Below are positions 10,482 through 19,722 of a DNA stretch of 64,000 bases, in pieces. A model generated the notes under the pieces. It was given only the letters and a program-made list of their open reading frames with translations. It ran no database searches and had not been told where the DNA came from. Both the position numbers and the translations under genes were made by a program. Each line of letters starts with the position of its first letter. The first letter of the stretch is position 1. The stretch comes from Spirochaetia bacterium (GTDB lineage: Bacteria > Spirochaetota > Spirochaetia > SZUA-6 > Bin103): NCBI GenBank assembly GCA_965203905.1, contig CBDBDQ010000005.1:5760001-5824000 (forward strand), given 5' to 3'.

Positions 10482-11462
10482 ATGAGCGACAGACCACGAA
10501 TCGTGACCCACCAGCCGATGCTGGAGCAGGAGTACCAGGATCGGCTCGCCGCCGCGGGCGAGCTGATCAGTATCACACCCGGCGCGCATGAACAGGTGCG
10601 GCAGCACCTGGGGCGGGCGAATGCGTTTCTCGGCTACTACACCGTCGACGCGGCGTTTCTCGACGCGGCGCCGAACCTGCGGGTCGTCGCAACGGCGAGC
10701 GTCGGCTACGACCGCATCGACGTGGCGGCAGCGACCGCGCGCGGGGTCGCGGTGTGCAACACGCCCGGCGTACTTACCGCGGCGGTGGCGGATCTCACCA
10801 TTGCCCTGATCATCGCGCTGGCGCGCCGCCTGCCGGAGTACGCGAGCTTCGTGAGAAGCGGCGCCTGGGGGCGCGGCGACCCCCTGCCGGAGCTGGCCCA
10901 CGACATTACCGGCAAGACCCTCGGCGTCCTCGGCTTCGGCCGCATCGGCCGCGAGGTGGCGCGGCGCGCGCAACTCCTGGGCATGCAGCCGATCTGGTAC
11001 GACGTATTCGACCAGGCGCCGCCGGATGCGCCGCAGGCACCCTACCGGCCGCTGGACGAATTGCTGGCGGCATCCGACTTCGTGACCATCCACATGGACC
11101 TGAACGACAGCTCACGCCACCTCATCGGCGCCCGCGAGCTGGGCCTGATGCGGCCGTCGGCCTACCTGGTGAACACCGCCCGCGGTGGAGTGGTGGATCA
11201 GGCCGCCCTTACCGCCGCCCTGCAGGAGGGACGGCTGGCCGGTGCCGGCCTCGACGTGCTGGAGCAGGAGCCGCCCGACCCGGCGGAGCCGATCCTGAAG
11301 CTGCCCAACGTGATCGCCCTGCCGCACATGGGCACTGCGACGCACGAGACCCGCAAGGCGATGCGGGGACTGGCGGTGGACAACGTGCTGGCGGTGCTGG
11401 CCGGGCGCCGGCCGCCGGCCATCGTCAACCCGGAGGTGCTGCACGCGGGCGCGCCGGCGTAA
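10482..11462 (+). CDS. D-2-hydroxyacid dehydrogenase (glyoxylate reductase-like)
   Basis: SVGYDRID, GFGRIG, NTARG, DVLEQEP and PHMG motifs. Confidence 0.9.
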   Translation: MSDRPRIVTHQPMLEQEYQDRLAAAGELISITPGAHEQVRQHLGRANAFLGYYTVDAAFLDAAPNLRVVATASVGYDRIDVAAATARGVAVCNTPGVLTAAVADLTIALIIALARRLPEYASFVRSGAWGRGDPLPELAHDITGKTLGVLGFGRIGREVARRAQLLGMQPIWYDVFDQAPPDAPQAPYRPLDELLAASDFVTIHMDLNDSSRHLIGARELGLMRPSAYLVNTARGGVVDQAALTAALQEGRLAGAGLDVLEQEPPDPAEPILKLPNVIALPHMGTATHETRKAMRGLAVDNVLAVLAGRRPPAIVNPEVLHAGAPA

Positions 11463-11488
11463 CGCCCGCCCCGCCTACCGTACGCCGC

Positions 11489-12280
11489 TCACAGCGGGAC
11501 GCCGAGCACCTCCCGCAGCCGGCTTCCGGTGTCCGTCCAGTACTGCCCGAGGATGCTCACGTCGGCGCCGATGGAGAAGTGGCGTACCCCCATGTCGAGG
11601 TATTCCTGCGCCTCGTCGGGAGAGCCGATCTCGGCGCGCGGGGCGACGCCGTGCTCCAGCGCCCCGGTGAACACGCGCTTGCGCGCGGCCTCCACGTCGG
11701 GATGGCCCCTCTCGCCGATACGGCCGGTGCTCATGGAGTAGTCGGTACCGCCCCACTGCACCATGTCGAGCCCGGGAATCGACAGGATTTCCTCCAACTC
11801 GTCTACCGCGCCCTTCTTTTCGATCATCACCGCCACTACCGTGTCGCGGATCCCCTGCACGTAGGCCGCGCTTCCGCCCACTCCCATCGGGGTGTTGCGC
11901 CGGGCCGCGGCACCGTACAGGCCATTGTCCTGCGGGGTGTCGGGCCGGGCAATGCGGATGCACTCGCGCACGTCCTCGGCGGAACGGCAGTCGGTGAACA
12001 GCACGGCCTGGAAGCCGGCGCCGATGCCGCGCTGGGCGAGAAACGCCTGGTGGCTCTGGTCGATCTTGATCATCGAGCCAAGGCCGTACAGCTCGGCCGC
12101 GCGGCAGACGTTGTCCAGGTCGTGCAGGTGGAAGGAACCGTACTCGGCCACGAACTCTACGTAATCGTACTGCCCGGTCTGGCCCAGCACCTCCACGCTC
12201 ATCGGTTCGGGATTGAAGATGCGTGTGCAGACGGTGATCTCGTTGGCGTCCAGCTTCTGGCGCAGGGAATTGGGTCTCAT
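11489..12280 (-). CDS. HpcH/HpaI aldolase family protein
   Basis: ATG 12280 after GGAG; YDYVEFVAEY, VAVMIE...IPGLDMVQWGGTDYSMS. Confidence 0.8.
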   Translation of the reverse strand: MRPNSLRQKLDANEITVCTRIFNPEPMSVEVLGQTGQYDYVEFVAEYGSFHLHDLDNVCRAAELYGLGSMIKIDQSHQAFLAQRGIGAGFQAVLFTDCRSAEDVRECIRIARPDTPQDNGLYGAAARRNTPMGVGGSAAYVQGIRDTVVAVMIEKKGAVDELEEILSIPGLDMVQWGGTDYSMSTGRIGERGHPDVEAARKRVFTGALEHGVAPRAEIGSPDEAQEYLDMGVRHFSIGADVSILGQYWTDTGSRLREVLGVPL

Positions 12281-12365
12281 GGAGTCTCCTCGATTGGTGT
12301 CGATGGTGTCGGCGAACGCAGTGTAGCACGAGCCGGCCGCCGTTGCCGCACCGGCTGTAAGCCAA

Positions 12366-12839
12366 CTACCGGTGGCGGAAGTCCATTCCGTTGCTGCGGT
12401 GGCGAAAGCCGAGCCGCCGGTAGAAGGGCATGACGTCGTCGGCACAGTCGAGCGTGGTCTTGTAGCAGCCGGCGGCCTCGGCCCGCGCCAGCAGGTAGCG
12501 GATGAGGGCGCTGCCGATCCCCCTGCCCTGCTGCCCGGCCGCCACGGCCACATCCTCGATGTGCCCCGCGATCCCTCCCCGGTTGATGAACTTGTGCTCG
12601 ATCAGCAGCGTTGCGGCGCCCACCACGCGGCCCTCGACCTCCGCCACCGCCACCACGCAGTCGCGGTTGCGCTGCAGGCGCCGGAACACCTCCAGCGCCC
12701 GCTCCGGCTCCAGGTCGCTGGCCGGCCGCAAGGCATCCAGCGCCTCCAGAAACCCGTTCCCCAGATCGGCCTCCCGCAGCGGCCGCACCCGCACAGGGTG
12801 TCCGCCGTAGTGCTTGTTTCTATCCGTAGTCCGTTCCAT
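12366..12839 (-). CDS. GNAT acetyltransferase (glucosamine-phosphate N-acetyltransferase-like)
   Basis: EHKFI..GHIEDVAV..QGRGIG..CYKTTLDC..FY motif set. Confidence 0.85.
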   Translation of the reverse strand: MERTTDRNKHYGGHPVRVRPLREADLGNGFLEALDALRPASDLEPERALEVFRRLQRNRDCVVAVAEVEGRVVGAATLLIEHKFINRGGIAGHIEDVAVAAGQQGRGIGSALIRYLLARAEAAGCYKTTLDCADDVMPFYRRLGFRHRSNGMDFRHR

Positions 12840-12972
12840 ATTGATGCAGAGAGTTTACGCGTACCACCACCAGCATCAATTCTTGGAGAACTGCGGCACA
12901 ACGCGATCCTGCGCGGCGTCTCCTTTCGTTTGCGCTGGCGAGTAGGGTCACCGCAACTCAAATCATGGTACG

Positions 12973-13776
12973 TTGCGTCGTCGAGAGCGACAGGACAGGT
13001 CTTACGGTGAGGGTACTCCCATCATTGAGGTAGTAGAGGTCATTGACCAGCTCACGAAAGAGATTGGAAAGCGACTATCGGCTGAAAACAAGTTTGCTGA
13101 GTTTGTACGATGGGCGCAGGGTCATCCAACCAACCGGTGGGTGTTTCGTGGCCAAAGCAACAAGCAATGGCGGCTGCAACCGTCGGTCGGCCGGGACGAT
13201 TCGTACACGCCGGAAAAAGAGCGTTTGCTGATAGACCAGTTCCGGAGACTGGCGGAGCCATACGTAGCGTCAGCAGGTTTGACCGAGTGGGACTGGCTCG
13301 CGCTGGCACAGCACCACGGATTACCGACACGGCTCCTGGATTGGACCTCCAATTCGCTGGTAGCTTGCTTCTTCGCGTGTGCGAAGGCTCGATCGCACGG
13401 CCGCGAAGTGGATGGGCAGGTGATAGGCATCGAAACTAGGTCGGTCGGCGTCTACGACTCGAAGGAGCAGGGTGAACTCGATCCGTTCCAGATTGAGAGC
13501 ACCAAATTGATCATGCCGCGGGCGCTTGCTGGCAGGATCCTGAACCAGAGGGGGCTGTTCAGTATCCATGCGCCCCCCGATCGTCCTTGGGGTGTCAACA
13601 CCAAGGGCATCAATGTCGACCGATTCGATGTCCCGGCCGAGATGAAGGAGTCGCTGTTGCGAGGTCTCCACAACATTGGGATTGATGACGCGCACGTGAT
13701 GCCGGACCTGGACGGATTGGCGAGGATGTTGAAGTGGCAATACGACACTGGTACGCTACCTGGGGTAGTGCCATGA
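12973..13776 (+). CDS. FRG domain-containing protein (start uncertain)
   Basis: WVFRGQ..LQPSVGR, LAQHHGLPTRLLDWT and RILNQRGLF motifs; lower GC than flanks. Confidence 0.85.
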   Translation: MRRRERQDRSYGEGTPIIEVVEVIDQLTKEIGKRLSAENKFAEFVRWAQGHPTNRWVFRGQSNKQWRLQPSVGRDDSYTPEKERLLIDQFRRLAEPYVASAGLTEWDWLALAQHHGLPTRLLDWTSNSLVACFFACAKARSHGREVDGQVIGIETRSVGVYDSKEQGELDPFQIESTKLIMPRALAGRILNQRGLFSIHAPPDRPWGVNTKGINVDRFDVPAEMKESLLRGLHNIGIDDAHVMPDLDGLARMLKWQYDTGTLPGVVP

Positions 13777-14138
13777 AGATCGAGTCCTCACCCGTGTGGT
13801 TCGCGGGACTCCCACGCAAGCTGTACGACGCGGCAAGGGATTATCCGCTGGATCAGAAGCCCGAATGGGATGAGCTCGGGGATCTGGCAGAGATCGTCAA
13901 GTTCGAGGGAGCCACGGCATACTCCGAAAGCGCTGTAGTGGATGACGGCAAGTGCGTCGTTGCCGGGCGCGTGGCGGTCAAGCTGATCTACGATCCGGCC
14001 AAGGATCCTGATCCTGAGCCCGACGCGAAGTACGGAGAAATGCGCGACAGCTTCCCCGCGAGCATCTTCTTCGAGGTCGCCAACCAGGAAGTGAGCATCA
14101 AACGGATCCAGGTGGACATGTCGCGGCTGCTGAGGTAG
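13773..14138 (+). CDS. Hypothetical protein, possibly pPIWI-associating nuclease-like domain
   Basis: ATGA-coupled to the FRG gene. The pattern DEL..G.V.V.L.Y..DSFP..F..VD.S recalls pP_pnuc_1 from memory; not verified. Confidence 0.5.
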   Translation: MKIESSPVWFAGLPRKLYDAARDYPLDQKPEWDELGDLAEIVKFEGATAYSESAVVDDGKCVVAGRVAVKLIYDPAKDPDPEPDAKYGEMRDSFPASIFFEVANQEVSIKRIQVDMSRLLR

Positions 14139-15618
14139 CACGAGTCCTCCATCCGGCGACCAGGGCATCCAGTGACGCGGCATCGTGCGCGGTGGCGTGC
14201 ACGTAGCGGTCCGGGCGTATGGCTAAGGCGCGGGCTTGGAGTTCCGCGAGATACTCGGCGGCTCGCTCCAGCTCGCAGGGGGCCCAGACGTGGATGCCCT
14301 TCTTCGCGGCAAGCGGGCGGCCCTCCCACCGGGCCAGCAGGTCGCGGTCGGCGAGGAGCGCGGGGCCGTAGCCCGCCGGGTCGTCCGAGAGGCCGCCGGG
14401 GCGGCGTCGCAACTGGCGGGAGATGTGTCCGGCGGCGGGTGATCCGGCTTGCCACAGGCCGCTGCCGAGTCGGGGCGATATGGTCAGCATGCGGTAGCTG
14501 CCGTCCGATTGCCGGAAGGCGGACTTCAGCGCGGCCTCGCTGTCGGAGGCGTTGACCAGCCGGCCAAGGTCGACGGCGCCCTTGATGAACGCCCTGACAT
14601 GCGCATGGCGCTCGCCCTGGTAGCTGTCTAGCAGCGTGTCGTCGTGGTCGTGGCGTATGCAGTGGGCGAGCTTCCAGGCCAGGTTCGAGGCGTCCCGGAT
14701 CCCGGCGCACATGCCCTGGCCCATGAAGGGCGGGGTCTGGTGGGCGGCGTCGCCGGCGATCAGCAGGCGGCCCCGACGCCAGGACGACGAGATGACGGAG
14801 TGGAAGGTGTAGACCGCCGCCCGCTCGACCGCGGCCTCGGCAGGTGTCAGCCAGCGCTTCAGGCGTTGCCAGATGTACTCCGGCGCCAGCGCGCGTGCGT
14901 CCGGCAGGTCGGCGATGAAGATCTCCCAGCGCCGCCGCGGGCCCGGTCCCCGAACGTAGGTCATCGGGGTCCGTGGGTGGCAGTACTGGATGGTGTAGTC
15001 TCCCAGGTCCGGCCGTTCCCGGCGCAGCAGCAGATCCACCACCAGCCAGCGTTCGTGGAACCCCAGGTCTTCGGCCCGGTCGGTGATGTGCTCCCGGAGC
15101 AGCGACCGCGCGCCATCGCAGCCGACGACGTACCGTGCCGCCAGCGTGTGGTGGCGGTCACCGTCGCGGCAGGCGATCGTCACCAGATCCGCATCCTCAA
15201 TGGCCGCCGTCACCTCCGTGCCCAGGGCGAGGTCGACGTTGGGCACGCCGCTCAGGCGATCGCGCAGGATCGCCTCCAGGTCCGGCTGGTGGAAGCGGTA
15301 GCTCGGGTACCATCCCTGCGGACCGACCCGCTGCGGCCGCGACCAGTCGAGCAGGAGCCTGCCGCCGGGATCGACGAAGCGCATTCCCGGATTGATCCGG
15401 GACACCGCGGCGACCCGGTCCGCGACACCGAGCGTCTGAAAGATGCGCATCACCTCACCGTCGAAGTGGACAGCACGCGGCAGCCGCAGGATCTCCCGCT
15501 CCCGTTCCAGAACCGCCACCCGCAACCCGCACAGCGCCGCCAGGCCGGCAAGCACGGCGCCGGTCGGGCCGAGGCCTACGATGGCGACGTCGTACGGCCC
15601 CGGGCGGTCGCGCGGCAT
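14098..15618 (-). CDS. FAD-dependent monooxygenase, 3-(3-hydroxyphenyl)propionate hydroxylase (MhpA)-like
   Basis: GLGPTG, PRAVHFDGE, GCDGARS and GDAAHQTPPFMGQGMCAGIRDA motifs. Confidence 0.85.
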   Translation of the reverse strand: MPRDRPGPYDVAIVGLGPTGAVLAGLAALCGLRVAVLEREREILRLPRAVHFDGEVMRIFQTLGVADRVAAVSRINPGMRFVDPGGRLLLDWSRPQRVGPQGWYPSYRFHQPDLEAILRDRLSGVPNVDLALGTEVTAAIEDADLVTIACRDGDRHHTLAARYVVGCDGARSLLREHITDRAEDLGFHERWLVVDLLLRRERPDLGDYTIQYCHPRTPMTYVRGPGPRRRWEIFIADLPDARALAPEYIWQRLKRWLTPAEAAVERAAVYTFHSVISSSWRRGRLLIAGDAAHQTPPFMGQGMCAGIRDASNLAWKLAHCIRHDHDDTLLDSYQGERHAHVRAFIKGAVDLGRLVNASDSEAALKSAFRQSDGSYRMLTISPRLGSGLWQAGSPAAGHISRQLRRRPGGLSDDPAGYGPALLADRDLLARWEGRPLAAKKGIHVWAPCELERAAEYLAELQARALAIRPDRYVHATAHDAASLDALVAGWRTRATSAAATCPPGSV

Positions 15619-15628
15619 GCGGGCGTTT

Positions 15629-16606
15629 TCAGACCGGTCTGCGGCCGCTCAGCGCACCCCACAGCCACGGACAATCGGTGGGCGGCGGTGCCTGCATGCC
15701 CTTCCTGGCGACACCGAGCCTGAACTCACGGTAGGCCCGGCGCTGCTCCGGCGGCAAGTGCGGCCGGTCATGACCCCAGAAGCTGGGCCCATCCTCCATC
15801 ACCTGGATCCGCCACGTGTCCGGCTCGATGATGCGGCCGCCCCAACCGGTCTCGACGAAGAAGCCGGACGGCGTATGGGTGTAGAACGAGGTCATCCAGT
15901 CATTGGTATGGCGCCCGAGCGTGTAGGCGACGGTGCCCTCGGTCTGCTGCGCGAGGTCGTAGCCCTGACCCACGTCGTCGAGGTTGGTGTACTCCACCAT
16001 GAAGTGGTGAAAGCCGGTCTCCCCGGTGCCCAGCATCGCGAAACTGTGGTGGCGGCCGTTGACGTGGAAGAAGTAGAGCGGAATGGGCTGCAGGCCGTAG
16101 TCGCTGACGCGGAAGCCGAGCAGGTCGCGATAGAACGGCAGCAGGGAGTCGATGTCCGCGGTGTTCAGGACCGCATGGCCCATGCCGAGGGGACCGGTCT
16201 TGAAGCCGGAGATGGGGCGGCCCGGAACGAAGGGATCTTCGGTCAGCATCGGGCCGTGGAAGAACTCGAGGCGATTGCCGGCCGGATCCCGGGCGAGCGC
16301 CAGGTCGGTGACGAAGCGCCTGCCGGCCAGGTCGCGGCCGCCGGGGCTGACCTCTACGCCGGCATCCGACAGACGCGCGCAGAGCCGGTCCAGCGCCGCG
16401 GCGTCCGCCACTTCCCAGCCCATGCAGGCCAGGGCGGCGCCGGGCTCCGCGGTCACCAACAGCCGCTGCCTGCGGTCATCCATGCGGAACGCCACCTGGC
16501 CGGCGCCGCGATCGACCGTCTGCATCCCCAACTGGCCGCGGGCATAGTCCGTCCAGTCGGCCAGCCGGTCGCTGCGGATGCCCAGGTAACCCAGTGCCGT
16601 GATCAT
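15629..16606 (-). CDS. Extradiol ring-cleavage dioxygenase (BphC-like, VOC family)
   Basis: MITALGYLG, GMGHAVL, RHHSFA, HHFMVE, LGRHTND..SFY..PSGFFVE. Confidence 0.88.
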   Translation of the reverse strand: MITALGYLGIRSDRLADWTDYARGQLGMQTVDRGAGQVAFRMDDRRQRLLVTAEPGAALACMGWEVADAAALDRLCARLSDAGVEVSPGGRDLAGRRFVTDLALARDPAGNRLEFFHGPMLTEDPFVPGRPISGFKTGPLGMGHAVLNTADIDSLLPFYRDLLGFRVSDYGLQPIPLYFFHVNGRHHSFAMLGTGETGFHHFMVEYTNLDDVGQGYDLAQQTEGTVAYTLGRHTNDWMTSFYTHTPSGFFVETGWGGRIIEPDTWRIQVMEDGPSFWGHDRPHLPPEQRRAYREFRLGVARKGMQAPPPTDCPWLWGALSGRRPV

Positions 16607-16734
16607 GACCTTGAGCCTGCCCGTTGCGGGGGCACGTGTCCACCTGTCGGCGCCCCGGAGTTGCCGGCGCGGCAGTATGCTATGCTCGGCCGCGGTGCGG
16701 ACTTCCCGTACCCAACCCGATCACGGAGCAGCTC

Positions 16735-17541
16735 ATGATTTCCCTCGCCGTCAATTCCGTCCTGTTCGATGCGTTCGACTTCGCCACCGCCGCGCGCCAC
16801 ATCGCCGCCGCCGGCTACGACGGCATCGAGATCGCCGCGCTACCGGGGATGTGCGAGCACCTGGAGGTGGATCGCTGGCGCGAGCAGGCGGCGGACGTGC
16901 GCACGATCCTGGAAGAGACCGGGCTCAAGCCGGTGTCGATGGAGACCTCCGACCGCGGTGACGACCGCTATCTGCGCGCCTTCGAGGCGAGCGCGGAGCT
17001 GGGCATCCCCGTGGTGGCCGTGGGATCCGGCGGCACCAGCGGCGATCCCGACAGCCTGCGCGAGCGCATCGCGCGCCTGGCCGAGCTGGCCGAGGCGGCG
17101 GCACAGTTCGGCGTCACCGTGGTGTGCAAGGCGCACGTCGGCAGCGCGGTGTTCGACACCCCCACCACGCTGGCGGCGATGGAGGCGATCCCGTCGCCCG
17201 GGTTCGGCATCAACATGGATCCCAGCCACATCCACCGCGCGGGCGAGGTGCCCAGCGAGGCGCTGCGGCAGGTGGTGTCGCGGGTGCGGCACAGCCATAT
17301 CCGCGACTGCAAGGGGCGCCAGCAGGGGCCGGGCACGCCGCCGCTGCAGGCCTGCGGCCGCGGCGACATCGACCTGTTCGGCTACTGCAAGGTGCTGGTG
17401 GACGCCGGCTATGAGGGCGCCGCCAGCCTGGAGGTGATCGGCGCCGCCAATGCGGGGCTGAGCCTGGCGCAGGTGGCGATCGTTGCCGCCGAGAGCTACG
17501 GCTACCTGAACGCCTGCCTGAAGCAGCTTGGAGCGCGCTGA
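16735..17541 (+). CDS. Sugar phosphate isomerase/epimerase (TIM barrel)
   Basis: GYDGIEI, NMDPSH, HSHIRD and SLEV motifs; ATG after GGAG. Confidence 0.8.
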   Translation: MISLAVNSVLFDAFDFATAARHIAAAGYDGIEIAALPGMCEHLEVDRWREQAADVRTILEETGLKPVSMETSDRGDDRYLRAFEASAELGIPVVAVGSGGTSGDPDSLRERIARLAELAEAAAQFGVTVVCKAHVGSAVFDTPTTLAAMEAIPSPGFGINMDPSHIHRAGEVPSEALRQVVSRVRHSHIRDCKGRQQGPGTPPLQACGRGDIDLFGYCKVLVDAGYEGAASLEVIGAANAGLSLAQVAIVAAESYGYLNACLKQLGAR

Positions 17542-17546
17542 CGGCG

Positions 17547-18542
17547 ATGGCTGCCACCGTGGAACTGGGCCCGGGCATCAAGCTGTCGATGCTCATTCCA
17601 CCGCAACCGAGCGCCGCCGACCTGCGTTTCGTGGCCGAGCTGGGGCTGACCCACGTCTTTACCTGGGTGCCGGCGGAGCTGAGCGGCACGGCCGAGCTGC
17701 GCGCGCTGCGGCGGCGGGTGGAGGACGCCGGCCTGACGCTGTTCAACGTCGGCCACGGCTCGCTGGCCAAGTGCGACCGGATCCACCTGGCGCTGCCGGG
17801 ACGCGACGCCGCCATCGACGGCTTCGCGACGTTCCTGCGCCACCTGGGAGCGGCCGGAATCCATACCACCACCTTCACCTTCGAGCCGGACGGGGTGTGG
17901 AGCACGACGTCGGCAACGGCGCGCGGCGGGGCGCCGGCGCGGGCGGTGGACGGCGCCGAGCTTTCGGCACAGCCCTTCAGCCACGGCCGGGCCTACGACG
18001 AGGCGGCGATCTGGGACAACTTCGCCTACTTCATGGAGCGCATCATTCCGATCGCGGAGGAGGCCGGGGTGCGGCTGGCGCTGCATCCCAACGACCCGCC
18101 GGTGCCGGAGATCGCCGGCATCCCCTGCCTGATCCGCTCGTGGGCGAGCTACGACCGCGCCTTCGCCATCGCCGATTCCGATTACCTGGGGATGGAGTTC
18201 TGCACCGGCTGCTGGTTGGAGGGCGGCTCGTCGTTCGGCGACATCGAGGCGGCGATCGGCGACTTCATCGCCCGTGACAAGATCTTCATCGTGCACTTCC
18301 GCAACGTCAGCTCGCCGTTGCCGCGCTTCCACGAAACCTTCCTCGACGAGGGCTACCAGGACATGAACGCGCTGATGCGGCTGTTCCAGGAGGGCGGCTA
18401 CCGCGGCACCATGATTCTGGACCACACCCCTCCCATGGCCCACGACGAGGCGGCCCCTGGCGCCCTCACCATCGCCAGGCCGGTGGCGACCGCGTACGCG
18501 CTGGGCTACATGAAGGCGCTGCTGGCCGCGGCCGGCGGCTGA
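17547..18542 (+). CDS. Mannonate dehydratase (UxuA family)
   Basis: WDNFAYFMERIIPIAEEAGVRLALHPNDPP, VHFRNV, ETFLDEG and DHTP motifs. Confidence 0.8.
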   Translation: MAATVELGPGIKLSMLIPPQPSAADLRFVAELGLTHVFTWVPAELSGTAELRALRRRVEDAGLTLFNVGHGSLAKCDRIHLALPGRDAAIDGFATFLRHLGAAGIHTTTFTFEPDGVWSTTSATARGGAPARAVDGAELSAQPFSHGRAYDEAAIWDNFAYFMERIIPIAEEAGVRLALHPNDPPVPEIAGIPCLIRSWASYDRAFAIADSDYLGMEFCTGCWLEGGSSFGDIEAAIGDFIARDKIFIVHFRNVSSPLPRFHETFLDEGYQDMNALMRLFQEGGYRGTMILDHTPPMAHDEAAPGALTIARPVATAYALGYMKALLAAAGG

Positions 18543-18547
18543 CCGCG

Positions 18548-19606
18548 ATGAAGCTGTTGGTGTTGCCCGGTGACGGGGTCGGTCCGGAGATCGTCGCCGC
18601 GGCGCTGGCGGTGCTGGACGCGGTAGCAGCCCGGCAACCGCTGAAGCTGGAGCGCGAGACGGCGGAGATCGGACTCGCCGCGCTGCAGAGCTGCGGCACT
18701 ACCCTGCCGGAGGGAGTGTTGGAACGGGCGCGCGCCGCCGACGGGGTGGTGCTGGGGCCGATAGATCACCTGCGCTACCCGGAGCGCGACCGTGGCGGCG
18801 TGAACGTGTCGGCGGCACTGCGCACCGGCCTCGACCTGTATGCCAACATCCGTCCGGCCCGCACCCGGCGCGGGCTCGGCGGCCCGGTCGGCGCGTTCGA
18901 CCTGGTGATCGTGCGCGAGAACACGGAGGGCTTCTACCCCGACCGCAACATGTACGCCGGCAGCGGCGAGTTCATGCCGGATCCGGACACCGCGCTGTCG
19001 GTACGCAAGATCAGCGCGGGCGCCTGTCGCCGCATCGCGCGGCGCTCGTTCGCCCTGGCCCGGCGGCGGCGGCGCAAGGTGACGGCGATCCACAAGGCCA
19101 ACAACTTCATCCTCAGCGACGGCCTGTTCCTGCGCCAGGTGCGCGCGGTGGCGGCCGACTTCCCGGAGGTGGCGCTCGACGAGGTGCTGGTGGATGCCGC
19201 GGCGGCGCTGCTGGTGCGGGAGCCGGTGCGCTTCGACGTGCTGTGCACCACCAACTTCCACGGCGACATCCTCTCCGACCTGGCCTCGGAACTGTCCGGC
19301 AGCCTCGGCCTGGCGGGGTCGCTGAACGCCGGCGACCGCCACGCCTGCGCCCAGGCGCAGCACGGCTCCGCCCCGGACATCGCCGGGCAGGACCGGGTCA
19401 ACCCGAGCGCCATGCTGCTGTCGGTCGCCATGCTCCTGGAGTGGCTGGCCGAGCGCCACGGGCGCGCCGAGCTGGGGGCGGCCGCGGAACGCATCTCCGG
19501 TGCGGTCGACCGCACGCTGGCCGAGCCCGCGACCCGCACCGCCGACCTGGGCGGCTCCCTCGGCACCCGCGCCTTCACCGCCGCCGTGATCGCGGCCCTC
19601 GACTGA
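18548..19606 (+). CDS. Isocitrate/isopropylmalate dehydrogenase family protein
   Basis: LPGDGVGPE, LYANIRP, RENTEG, HKAN, GDILSD and HGSAPDIAG motifs. Confidence 0.88.
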   Translation: MKLLVLPGDGVGPEIVAAALAVLDAVAARQPLKLERETAEIGLAALQSCGTTLPEGVLERARAADGVVLGPIDHLRYPERDRGGVNVSAALRTGLDLYANIRPARTRRGLGGPVGAFDLVIVRENTEGFYPDRNMYAGSGEFMPDPDTALSVRKISAGACRRIARRSFALARRRRRKVTAIHKANNFILSDGLFLRQVRAVAADFPEVALDEVLVDAAAALLVREPVRFDVLCTTNFHGDILSDLASELSGSLGLAGSLNAGDRHACAQAQHGSAPDIAGQDRVNPSAMLLSVAMLLEWLAERHGRAELGAAAERISGAVDRTLAEPATRTADLGGSLGTRAFTAAVIAALD

Positions 19607-19673
19607 AGCGATCCGCCGCGTGACGCAATCGAGCCGTGCTTGCGGCAGCCCGCGGGGGCGTCGTGGTCGGAGC

Positions 19674-19703
19674 TTGAGGGGCCGGCGCGAACGGCGATAG
19701 AGT
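19674..19703 (+). promoter_or_regulatory. Putative sigma70 promoter TTGAGG-N18-TAGAGT
   Basis: Both hexamers are conserved upstream of the paralogous gene copy at ~61.7 kb (17-nt spacer there) while the spacer has diverged. Confidence 0.55.
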
Positions 19704-19722
19704 GTCGGCGCACGGTCCGGCA

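Noticed and set aside
8298-11093. Long antisense ORFs (also 18934..21549, 3950..5992, 29932..31620, 21581..23593)
   Set aside because: Shadow frames of well-supported genes in high-GC DNA, with no motifs.
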